Assembly (NCBI GenBank): GCA_913046795.1 | Contig: CAJWTC010000004.1 | Location: forward strand, 1 to 44,215 | From: an uncultured Flammeovirgaceae bacterium | Lineage (GTDB): Bacteria > Bacteroidota > Bacteroidia > Cytophagales > MED-G16 | Length of the DNA stretch: 44,215 bases | Reading direction: 5' to 3' | Notes under the pieces: model-generated | What the model saw: the letters and a program-made list of their open reading frames with translations, nothing else | Told to the model about the DNA's origin: nothing | The model's database searches: none | Shown: positions 8,867-17,358 of the stretch, piece by piece | How positions within the stretch are numbered: the stretch's first letter is position 1 | Layout of the letters: each line of letters opens with the position of its first letter | Program-made: the position numbers and the translations under genes

Positions 8867-9211
8867 TTATTCTATTATGATGATCGATTTATAGAAAATC
8901 AAAATGCTTAAAAATAAATATGTTATTGCAGGCAAAATGTCTGTTATATTATCTTTTATTTTGATTCGAATTAGTATTGCAGAAGTCATCATCACTATAA
9001 AACAGAAAGAAGTTAAGACCAGTAATAAATTAATTTTTAGACCTAATAGAAAGCCTATACCTCCTAATATCTGAAGAAAACCAACTATTTTTCTTTGATT
9101 ACTATATCCCCATCTATTAAACTCTGATTTCATTCTCCTTGAAATGAATGAACTATACCCATATATAATAAAGGAAACAGCAGTAAAAATGATAACAAGA
9201 TTTAAATCCAT
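8867..9211 (-). CDS. DoxX-like family membrane protein
   Basis: About four hydrophobic segments with the pattern EFNRWGY...RKIVGFLQILGGIG. Confidence 0.7.
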   Translation of the reverse strand: MDLNLVIIFTAVSFIIYGYSSFISRRMKSEFNRWGYSNQRKIVGFLQILGGIGFLLGLKINLLLVLTSFCFIVMMTSAILIRIKIKDNITDILPAITYLFLSILIFYKSIIIIE

Positions 9212-9559
9212 CTATGAAATATAACCACAGTTAAAAGCGGTTATATACAAGGACATCAGTAGAAAAATTAGAGAAGGCAGAAACTTGATAACAGCATTTT
9301 TTATTTTAAAATGTGAGATCTGGGCACATAACATAAAAAAAGACATTGAGATAGATCCAAATATGATCAAGTCCGTGTACCATATTCCTGCAATCAACAA
9401 TGTTGAAGAAGATATCTTAAGAGCACCTACAATATTTCTGAGTAAATTGGAGTACCCAAACTCTTTAAATTCCGTCTCAACATTATCATATCTGAATGTC
9501 CAGACAATAAATACAGATACAGATACAATTATTTGAAATAATAGAGAAAGTTCAAACAT
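9212..9559 (-). CDS. DoxX-like family membrane protein (paralogue of the neighbouring gene)
   Basis: About four hydrophobic segments; EFKEFGY...RNIVGALKI...HFKIKN...LPS. Confidence 0.7.
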   Translation of the reverse strand: MFELSLLFQIIVSVSVFIVWTFRYDNVETEFKEFGYSNLLRNIVGALKISSSTLLIAGIWYTDLIIFGSISMSFFMLCAQISHFKIKNAVIKFLPSLIFLLMSLYITAFNCGYIS

Positions 9560-10199
9560 ATTCTTTAAAATTTAACACTAAGAAAAATATAATAAATGAA
9601 ATGTAGATATTTATTGATATAATAATGCATTTCTTATTAAGAAAATTTTGATAAATATATTGATTGAGTAGACCCAATAAGAACCAACATACATAGTTAT
9701 ATATTAAATTATCATCATTAAAATACCAAAAGTCTATATTACCAGAAACCTGTTCCATAATAACATCAAGGAATAGCATAAGAAAAGAACCTAAGAGAAT
9801 AGAGAAAATCTTATTTTTTGAAAAGATATAATTGGATATGTTACCACATGAGATAGTTAAAACAACCCAGTTTAATCCAATAACTATAGGAACTCCAAAA
9901 ATTGAGATTCCTAAGTTTTCACCATAATAATATGACCCAAATAGTAATCCAGAATTTACACCGATTATCTCACTGACCATACTTACTATTATTATTAATA
10001 AAACAAGCCCATAAGACTTGTATAAAAATTCAATATTTGAATACATAACAACTAAAAAAGTGATTAACAACGATATAGGAGATAAGGATAAGAAGAGATC
10101 AAAATCGATATACATTATACCAAAAAGACCAAATAACTGGTTTACCCAGATTAAAATAAGTAATATTTTAGTTAGATTTTTCAATGAGATCAGAGACAA
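9552..10199 (-). CDS. cruF: Carotenoid biosynthesis membrane protein, CruF-like 1,2-hydratase (DUF422)
   Basis: Motifs EIIGVNSGLLFGSYYYGENLG...GVPIVIGLNW...D...E...FW...NY..W, adjacent to crtD. The start is uncertain (TTG at 10199 or 10184). Confidence 0.78.
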   Translation of the reverse strand: MSLISLKNLTKILLILIWVNQLFGLFGIMYIDFDLFLSLSPISLLITFLVVMYSNIEFLYKSYGLVLLIIIVSMVSEIIGVNSGLLFGSYYYGENLGISIFGVPIVIGLNWVVLTISCGNISNYIFSKNKIFSILLGSFLMLFLDVIMEQVSGNIDFWYFNDDNLIYNYVCWFLLGLLNQYIYQNFLNKKCIIISINIYISFIIFFLVLNFKEYV

Positions 10200-11628
10200 T
10201 TTTAGATGACATTATACATAATGGAATTCCACCACCAGGGTGAACAGTTCCACCACAGAAGTATAGATTTTTAATACTTCTTGAAAAATTTTGATGTCTT
10301 CTTAATGGTGATAATATCCCGTTAGAAGACTCGCCATATAAGGAACCTAGATAGGAGTTAGTATTTATAGAAATGTCTTTTGGGGTGAATACTCTTTCCT
10401 CAACTATATGATCTTGGATATTAACACTAAAATTTTTATTAATTTTTTCTATTATATTTTTCCTTAGGGTATTTTTTATTTTATCCCAATCTTGGCCGAT
10501 ATCCTTAGGTGAATTGATCATAACAAACCAATTCTCACAACCTTTAGGAGATACATTTTTAATATCTTTTGATGTGATATTGATGTATATCGTAGGGTCA
10601 TTAGTTATTTCATTCTTCTCAAAAATGTTTTTAAATTCTTCTTTATAGTCGTTCGAAAAAAGAATATTATGAAGATCAAGATCCTTAAATTCCCTATTTA
10701 TTCCCCAGAAAAATATTAAGGCTGAACTTGACATGTTTTTTTTATTAGATAGGTATGTTTTATCATTTAGCAACTTCTTATAGGTAATGTTTACATCAAC
10801 ATTTGATATGACCTTATCAAATTTTAAAATCTTGTTATTTAATTTTATACCTGTTGCCTCTTTATTTTTAACAATAATGCTTTCAACGCTTTTATTAAAA
10901 TGAAATTTAACTCCTATTTTACGACACAATTCATACATAGAAGTAGGAATTTGCCTCATTCCTTCATCGCAAACGTGAGTACCATAGTGATTTTCTAAGT
11001 GTTGAATAATAGTCATAATACCCGGTGTTAGGTAGGGAGAAGAGCCATTATAGGTTGCGTATCGATTAAAAACTTGGATCATATATCGGTTTCCTATATC
11101 ATTATTATTTACTTGGTCAAGAGATGAAAATAATTGAAATAATTTTAGGTTGAGAAGGGCCTTAACAGTATCAAAATTTAAATATGTTGATATTTTATTA
11201 ATTGGCCTAAATAAAAAAAGTTCATTTATTAGATCATACTTTTTTTTAGATCTTGAGAAATATTTTAATAATGAATCTTTTTCAATGTAAAATTTACTTA
11301 CAGCCTCATTTATATATTTACTTTTATCTGAGAAGGCTGTAAAATTTGTCTTGTCATCCCAAAAGTATTTACAGTGGATATCCTTCTTTCTATAATTAAA
11401 ATAGTCTCGTGGGTTTTCACCGTGCATCTGAAATAACTCATCGATTAAATGAGGCATTGTTAGAAGAGAGGGGCCAGTATCAAAACTATATTTATTTAAT
11501 TTTATGATACCTAGTTTTCCACCATATGTGTCATTTCTTTCAAAAACACTAACTGAGTGACCTTTTTTAGCTAGACGGATAGCAGAAGAAAGACCTCCAA
11601 TTCCAGAACCAATTACAGCTATTCTCAT
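10168..11628 (-). CDS. crtD: 1-hydroxycarotenoid 3,4-desaturase (CrtI-family FAD desaturase)
   Basis: FAD motif GSGIGGL, FDTGPSL, NRYATYNGSSPY (CrtD-type), LHNILFS..Y..EF and C-terminal GGTVHPGGGIP. Context next to cruF. Confidence 0.82.
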   Translation of the reverse strand: MRIAVIGSGIGGLSSAIRLAKKGHSVSVFERNDTYGGKLGIIKLNKYSFDTGPSLLTMPHLIDELFQMHGENPRDYFNYRKKDIHCKYFWDDKTNFTAFSDKSKYINEAVSKFYIEKDSLLKYFSRSKKKYDLINELFLFRPINKISTYLNFDTVKALLNLKLFQLFSSLDQVNNNDIGNRYMIQVFNRYATYNGSSPYLTPGIMTIIQHLENHYGTHVCDEGMRQIPTSMYELCRKIGVKFHFNKSVESIIVKNKEATGIKLNNKILKFDKVISNVDVNITYKKLLNDKTYLSNKKNMSSSALIFFWGINREFKDLDLHNILFSNDYKEEFKNIFEKNEITNDPTIYINITSKDIKNVSPKGCENWFVMINSPKDIGQDWDKIKNTLRKNIIEKINKNFSVNIQDHIVEERVFTPKDISINTNSYLGSLYGESSNGILSPLRRHQNFSRSIKNLYFCGGTVHPGGGIPLCIMSSKIVSDLIEKSN

Positions 11629-11828
11629 TTACAGATATTATTACGAAATAATAAAACAAAAAAACCAATTTTTTAATAAAAGTTATTAAACACTTTAAGT
11701 TTTAAATTTTAATAATTATTATATTATAAATTTTTCATTATTTGCATCATAAAAGATGAATTTAATATTAATTCATTAAGAGAAAAATATTATGTAGATT
11801 AACCAAATTTTAACTTAAAAAATTAAAT

Positions 11829-12527
11829 ATGAAAAAATTATTATTAATTGCACTTATCATTTTTAGTACTGATGTTATTGCTCAGCAGATGGCTTATAAC
11901 GTTGTTTACGTAAGAGCTGAAGAAAACTCTGAGTGGCAAATAGGAAACTTAATAGAGACATACTATACAGAAAATAAGATGAAATCTGGTGGAGTTGTAT
12001 TAGAGAAGCTAAGACACGGTAGACCAGAAGGAATGACTCACAGAATTGTTTGGTTATGGGAATTAGGAAACAGGGGAATGGTTGATGGAGAATTGGCAGA
12101 CTACGAACAGTCAAACTTCAGGAGTCAGCTTCGAGGATACGTAGAGGAATGGGGCATGTCATACTCTGGCAGAATGATTAACTGGGTTGAAGGAGATATG
12201 GAAGAAACTCCGTTTGTCCACATATGGGATATTACACCAGCTGATCCAGCTGCATTTCAGAAAGCTCACAAAGAATTTATTGAGTCCGTACCTCAAGTAT
12301 TTGGAGGGAGATTCAATGGATTTGGCACATACGATATAAACCAGCCTAATGGCGCTACCCACTGGGTTCTAGTTTCTGGAAAAGACCTAGATGATCACCT
12401 CCAATTATTACATGACCTCGAAACCAAGTACCCTGCTGCTATGCAGAAATTTGGTAAAGATAGAGGTGAGACTACTATAGTTCATGATTTCACTTTCGAA
12501 AACTTAAAGTATATTGTAGCTCAATAA
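11829..12527 (+). CDS. Secreted hypothetical protein with two repeated domains (possible dimeric alpha+beta barrel)
   Basis: Signal peptide MKKLLLIALIIFSTDVIA|Q and an internal repeat (RPEGMTHRIV / QPNGATHWVL). Has its own terminator. Confidence 0.8.
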   Translation: MKKLLLIALIIFSTDVIAQQMAYNVVYVRAEENSEWQIGNLIETYYTENKMKSGGVVLEKLRHGRPEGMTHRIVWLWELGNRGMVDGELADYEQSNFRSQLRGYVEEWGMSYSGRMINWVEGDMEETPFVHIWDITPADPAAFQKAHKEFIESVPQVFGGRFNGFGTYDINQPNGATHWVLVSGKDLDDHLQLLHDLETKYPAAMQKFGKDRGETTIVHDFTFENLKYIVAQ

Positions 12528-12543
12528 TTTTAAAAATTTATTT

Positions 12544-12579
12544 AATAAAAAAAGCCCCTTATTATGGGGCTTTTTTATT
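12544..12579. terminator. Bidirectional intrinsic terminator
   Basis: AATAAAAAAAGCCCC-TTATTAT-GGGGCTTTTTTATT between convergent genes. Confidence 0.88.
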
Positions 12580-12598
12580 GGAGGTAATTAAAACATGA

Positions 12599-13504
12599 TC
12601 AAAAGAAAAGCTCTTGAGCTAATCTAAATGTATTAGAATGTGCCTCAATGATATCTTTAAGGTTTGAAGAGTAACCACCTCCCATACTTATCTGGAGAGG
12701 AATTTTATTTTTCTTACATATATCTAAAACAAATCTGTCTCTTTCCTTACAACCTCTCAATGAGAGACCTAGCTTACCTAGCTTATCGTTAGAAAGCACA
12801 TCTACCCCCGAGAGGTAGAAAATAAAATTGGGCTCAAATTTTTCAATAACTTCTGGAAGATGTTTTTTTAGTTTTTTAAGATAGAAGTCATCATCAGTAT
12901 CATCATCAAACTCTATATCAAGATCACTACTTTCTTTTCTAAAAGGATAATTATTCTTTCCGTGAAAAGAGAGGGTAAATACATCAGAAGAATTTTTAAA
13001 AATTGATGCTGTCCCATTACCCTGATGGACATCAAGATCTATAATTAAAATTTTATCTATGCCTCTCCCATTCGCTAATAATACATTTGCAGCAATAGCC
13101 TGGTCGTTGAGCATACAAAAGGCTTCTCCCCTATCATAAAATGCGTGATGAGTTCCTCCAGCAATATTCAATGAAACCCCGTATTTTAAAGAGAAATCAC
13201 AGCATTCAATAGTACCTCTTGCTATTCTCCTCTCTCTATACACAAGTTCTTTACTCATTGGGAATCCAATTGGTCTCTCCTCTTTCTTAGTTAAATTTAA
13301 ATTACACAGTCTATTATAATAAGACTTGTCGTGAGTCTTAAGCGCATCATCTTCTGATAAGATTTTGGGAATAAAAAAGTTATCTTCAGTGCAAGTTCCC
13401 TCCCTTAATAACTGTTCTGGTATCAGCTCGTACTTTACCATGGGAAATCTATGATCTTTTTCCAGTGGATAAATATAATTTCTATCAAAAGCTATTTTCA
13501 ACAT
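12599..13504 (-). CDS. Histone deacetylase-family protein
   Basis: Motifs HRFPMVKY, NIAGGTHHA, IIDLDVHQGNGTA, GVDVL..DKLG and GGGYS. Confidence 0.92.
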   Translation of the reverse strand: MLKIAFDRNYIYPLEKDHRFPMVKYELIPEQLLREGTCTEDNFFIPKILSEDDALKTHDKSYYNRLCNLNLTKKEERPIGFPMSKELVYRERRIARGTIECCDFSLKYGVSLNIAGGTHHAFYDRGEAFCMLNDQAIAANVLLANGRGIDKILIIDLDVHQGNGTASIFKNSSDVFTLSFHGKNNYPFRKESSDLDIEFDDDTDDDFYLKKLKKHLPEVIEKFEPNFIFYLSGVDVLSNDKLGKLGLSLRGCKERDRFVLDICKKNKIPLQISMGGGYSSNLKDIIEAHSNTFRLAQELFF

Positions 13505-13573
13505 AATATTTTCAGATAAAAATTATCTCTATCCTTTTGATATTTAATTTGAAAAAGAAGTTCTGAATTAAAC

Positions 13574-13581
13574 TATATTTG
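13574..13581 (+). promoter_or_regulatory. -7 box for apt (candidate -33 TTTG at 13548-13551)
   Basis: TATATTTG lies 9 nt before the ATG. Confidence 0.65.
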
Positions 13582-13590
13582 CCATAAATC

Positions 13591-14094
13591 ATGAATTTAG
13601 AATACGTAAAAAATAAAATTGAGTTTTATCAAGACTTCCCAATTAAAGGTGTTGAGTATATTGATTTAAACCCCATCTATAATGACCCAAAAGCTAGAGA
13701 TATACTTGTAGATAAATGTATCGAATTGATAAATAACATAGAATTTGATTACTTAGCACTAATTGAATCAAGAGGTTTTCTTATTGGATCAATTTTAGCT
13801 GATAAACTAAATAAAGGAATTGTACTTTGTAGGAGTAAGAAAAATAGATTACCAGGAAAAATACAGACTGTTAGACACAAACTCGAATATGGTGAGGCAG
13901 TGATGCAGGTTCAAGAGGGAGACGGAAAAGTATTAATTTTTGATGATGTACTTGCAACTGGAGGTACAGCCAACGGAGCATTTAAAGTTTTAAGTCTATC
14001 TGGCTACACACCAATCCATTCACTTTTCTTGGTAGAACTATCACAATTTGATGTAAGATGTGATACTAAGTACAACAGTGCAATCGTACTATAA
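13591..14094 (+). CDS. apt: Adenine phosphoribosyltransferase
   Basis: Motifs DFPIKGVEY.D, IESRGF, KLEYG and the PRPP-binding motif VLIFDDVLATGGT. Confidence 0.88.
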   Translation: MNLEYVKNKIEFYQDFPIKGVEYIDLNPIYNDPKARDILVDKCIELINNIEFDYLALIESRGFLIGSILADKLNKGIVLCRSKKNRLPGKIQTVRHKLEYGEAVMQVQEGDGKVLIFDDVLATGGTANGAFKVLSLSGYTPIHSLFLVELSQFDVRCDTKYNSAIVL

Positions 14095-14096
14095 AT

Positions 14097-14186
<90 letters not shown>

Positions 14187-14197
14187 ATTAATGATCG

Positions 14198-14205
14198 CAA
14201 ATATA
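14198..14205 (-). promoter_or_regulatory. -7 box for tRNA-Ser
   Basis: TATATTTG on the minus strand, 11 nt upstream of the tRNA. Confidence 0.7.
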
Positions 14206-14314
14206 AAAATTCCACAATATCATATAAACTTTTATTAACTTTTCTATTTGTGAAAAAGGGTTAAATCATCATTCAAATTTTAATTATAAGAATTCTATTT
14301 AATAATTTTATGTC

Positions 14315-15286
14315 ATGAATTTTTTAGAAGATATCGGCATATTTGAGCTTTCTCTTATATCAATATTTTTTATTTTCTATTTTATTTATCTAGTAAGGAT
14401 TTACAGAATAGGAAAACAAATAAAAGTCAACCTCAAAGGGGTATTTATAAAGTTCTTTATAAGAATTCTATTTTTTACCTTAATGATAATATCTCTCCTT
14501 GGTCCAAATTTTGGTGTAATAGAAGAGAAAGTTGAGGTTATTGGGAAAGACATCATAATTGCTGTCGACCTCTCAGAGTCAATGAATGCAAATGATATCC
14601 AACCAACAAGGTTAGAAAAAGTAAAGTTTGAGATAAAGAGAATAATTAACGAATTCGATAATGACAGATTAGGAATAATTATGTTTTCTGGAGAAGCATT
14701 CGTACAATGCCCTCTAACATATGACAGAAATGCTTTAAACCTGTTTGTTGAGACTTTAAATACGGGCTTAGTCCCAAAAAGTGGAACTGATTTTGGTCCA
14801 CCTTTAGAGTTAGGGCTTTCAAAACTTCAAGATGAGAGTTCTGATGGAAAAGATATAAAGTCTAAGATAATTATCCTATTCTCTGACGGAGAAGACTTTG
14901 GTGATAACACAGAAGAATCTATTGATAAAATAAAGGAGAACTCTTTGAAGTTGTTCAGTGTTGGGATAGGAACTAAAGAGGGAAGTAGAATTAAAGATGA
15001 TTTTGGGAAATTTAAAAAAGACAATGAAGGTAAAGATGTAATAACTAAATTAAATTCATCGTCTCTAAGGGAAACTGCTGATAAAACTGGTGGTAAATAT
15101 TATGAAATATCTAAAAATAAAAATGAGATTAGTCAGATGATAAATGAAATTAAAAATATTAAGGGAGATGTTATTGACCAAAAGATGTCGAATGTGTCAG
15201 ACAATAAATATTTTTATTTTTTATTATGTGCCTTAATTTTAATTGCTATTGATTTTATCTTTGTGTCTAAAATTATATCTCTATGA
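14315..15286 (+). CDS. vWA domain membrane protein, BatB-like
   Basis: MIDAS motif DLSES, plus DIQPTRLE, CPLTYD, FSDGED and GIGT. N- and C-terminal TM segments. Confidence 0.85.
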   Translation: MNFLEDIGIFELSLISIFFIFYFIYLVRIYRIGKQIKVNLKGVFIKFFIRILFFTLMIISLLGPNFGVIEEKVEVIGKDIIIAVDLSESMNANDIQPTRLEKVKFEIKRIINEFDNDRLGIIMFSGEAFVQCPLTYDRNALNLFVETLNTGLVPKSGTDFGPPLELGLSKLQDESSDGKDIKSKIIILFSDGEDFGDNTEESIDKIKENSLKLFSVGIGTKEGSRIKDDFGKFKKDNEGKDVITKLNSSSLRETADKTGGKYYEISKNKNEISQMINEIKNIKGDVIDQKMSNVSDNKYFYFLLCALILIAIDFIFVSKIISL

Positions 15287-16044
15287 TTTTTTATATAATC
15301 TTAATATCTACTATTTATATCAACAATATTGATGAGATAAATAGGCTAACTAAAGAAGCTGAATTATTTTTTAAAAATAAGGAATATGAAAAATCAATTA
15401 TTAACTACGACATTCTAATCGATTCATTTGAAGTCTCTGACGAGAAAATATTTTTAAATTTAGCTCACTCTCACTTCTTAAATGGCGATACTACATCTGC
15501 GCTAGAAAATTATAACTATACTACAATAACTGATAATAATAAAATAAAATCAATAGCACTTCAGCAGATAGGCAATATCAATAACAGTAAAAATAAACTT
15601 GAAGAAGCTCTTGATTTCTACAAAGAATCAATCATACATGATAATAATAATCTAGACTCTAAATTCAACTATGAACTTGTAAAGAGAAAAATTGAAGATC
15701 AGAAAAAAAATCAGGAGAAAGATCAAAATAAAGAACAAGATAAAGATCAAAATAAAGAACAAGATAAAGACCAAGAGAAGTCTAATAACAAAAAAAACGA
15801 CGATAAAGGTGAAAAGGATGAAGATAAAGAAGAAAAAGAGAATGATTCAAAAGATAATAAAAAGGAAAAAAACAGCAAAAATAGTGATTCTGAGTCCTTA
15901 GAAGAAAAACTTAAAAAAATCAATATGTCAAAGAAGAAAGCTGAGATGATACTTAACGCTCTAAATAACAATGAATTTCAGTATATTCAACAATTAAAAA
16001 GAAATCCTAAGAAGAAAAAAGATAATAATAAACCTGACTGGTAA
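15283..16044 (+). CDS. TPR protein with charged low-complexity tail, BatC-like
   Basis: TPR-like helices, KFNYEL, a K/D/E/Q/N-rich linker, AEMILNAL and C-terminal KPDW. Confidence 0.78.
   Translation: MIFYIILISTIYINNIDEINRLTKEAELFFKNKEYEKSIINYDILIDSFEVSDEKIFLNLAHSHFLNGDTTSALENYNYTTITDNNKIKSIALQQIGNINNSKNKLEEALDFYKESIIHDNNNLDSKFNYELVKRKIEDQKKNQEKDQNKEQDKDQNKEQDKDQEKSNNKKNDDKGEKDEDKEEKENDSKDNKKEKNSKNSDSESLEEKLKKINMSKKKAEMILNALNNNEFQYIQQLKRNPKKKKDNNKPDW
15718..15770 (+). repeat. Intragenic tandem repeat, 24-bp unit x ~2.2
   Basis: AAAGATCAAAATAAAGAACAAGAT is repeated exactly and encodes KDQNKEQD. Confidence 0.85.
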
Positions 16045-16048
16045 CACA

Positions 16049-16984
16049 TTGGATCAAGCGATAAAACATACAGATTTCAAGTTTGAGTCTCTCAAAAAAA
16101 AATATGCCGGCAAAGTGAGAGATGTCTACTACTTCAAAGATAAAATTGTCATGATTGTGACTGACAGGATAAGCGCATTTGATGTAGTCCTCCCAAGGGC
16201 AATTCCATATAAAGGTCAAATCCTCAACCAAATTGCTGAGAAATTTCTTAAAATGACAGAAGATATAGTCCCTAATTGGATAGAAAACGTACCAGACCCA
16301 AATGTAACCATAGGCAAGAGCTGTAAAACCTTCCCTGTTGAAATGGTAATAAGGGGGTATCTGACTGGTCATGCATGGAGATTATATCGTTCTGGAAAGA
16401 GGGAGATCTGCGGTGTAAATATGCCCAAAGGAATGAAAGAACATGACAAGTTTCCTGAACCAATTATAACTCCTACCACAAAAGCAAAAGTTGGACATGA
16501 TGAAGATATATCAAGAGAAGATATTATCTCTAAAGGTATAGTTGCTGAGTCTGATTATATTAAATTAGAAGATTACACTTCAAAACTCTTTAATTTAGGT
16601 ACTCAATATGCAAAATCTAAGAATTTAATTTTAGTAGATACAAAATATGAATTTGGAGAAAATAATAAGAAAATATTTCTTGTTGATGAGATTCACACAC
16701 CAGATTCATCTAGATACTTTTATAAAGATACCTACCAAGACTTACAAAATAATAATCAAAATCAAAGACAGCTATCTAAGGAGTTTGTGAGAGAGTGGCT
16801 AATTGCAAATGGATTCCAAGGAAAAGAAGGACAAGTAATTCCTGAAATGAACGACGAGAGGGTTAATTTAATTTCTCAGCGTTACATTGAGCTATATGAG
16901 AATATAACGGGAGAGAAGTTTATAAAAAGAAATACAGAAAATATGATGAAAGATATTGAATCGAATATTAATATTGCCCTATGA
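16049..16984 (+). CDS. purC: SAICAR synthetase
   Basis: Motifs GKVRDVY, TDRISAFD, EMVIRGYLTG, TPTTKA, DTKYEFG, DEIHTPDSSR and SKEFVR. TTG start. Confidence 0.95.
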   Translation: MDQAIKHTDFKFESLKKKYAGKVRDVYYFKDKIVMIVTDRISAFDVVLPRAIPYKGQILNQIAEKFLKMTEDIVPNWIENVPDPNVTIGKSCKTFPVEMVIRGYLTGHAWRLYRSGKREICGVNMPKGMKEHDKFPEPIITPTTKAKVGHDEDISREDIISKGIVAESDYIKLEDYTSKLFNLGTQYAKSKNLILVDTKYEFGENNKKIFLVDEIHTPDSSRYFYKDTYQDLQNNNQNQRQLSKEFVREWLIANGFQGKEGQVIPEMNDERVNLISQRYIELYENITGEKFIKRNTENMMKDIESNINIAL

Positions 16985-17346
16985 AATACGAAATAGAAAA
17001 AAATGACCTTTACTACATTCTCACTCCAAAAGATGAGAAAATTGACTCTGTTGTTGCTCCAACACTTAAAGCAGACCTTGTGACATATGAGGTAGAAGGA
17101 GCAAAGAATATAATTATTGATCTTAAAAATGTAAAGTTCATGGATTCATCAGGCCTAAGTGCTATGTTAGTTGGTAATAGGACATTTCAAGAAAAAAATT
17201 CTTCATTCATTATATGCAATATTAACGATCACATCGAAAAAATTTTAAAAATATCTAAACTAGATACCGTTCTGGAAATTATACCCACACTTCAAGAATC
17301 GATTGACTCAATTCACCTAGATGAAATTGAGAAGGGCATGCAATAA
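16981..17346 (+). CDS. STAS-domain protein (anti-sigma factor antagonist)
   Basis: IIIDLKNVKFMDSSGLSAML with the phosphorylatable Ser. Confidence 0.88.
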   Translation: MKYEIEKNDLYYILTPKDEKIDSVVAPTLKADLVTYEVEGAKNIIIDLKNVKFMDSSGLSAMLVGNRTFQEKNSSFIICNINDHIEKILKISKLDTVLEIIPTLQESIDSIHLDEIEKGMQ

Positions 17347-17358
17347 AATTTTCAGTAA

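Noticed and set aside
11710-11721. AT-only palindrome TAATAATTATTA (and TTAATTAATTAA near 18119)
   Set aside because: Short AT-only palindromes are expected in DNA this AT-rich.
15692-15971. Lys/Ile-rich and Ser/Phe-rich ORFs, and a possible CRISPR-like repeat
   Set aside because: These are alternative frames of the low-complexity BatC-like linker; the repeat is tandem and in frame, with no spacers or cas genes.
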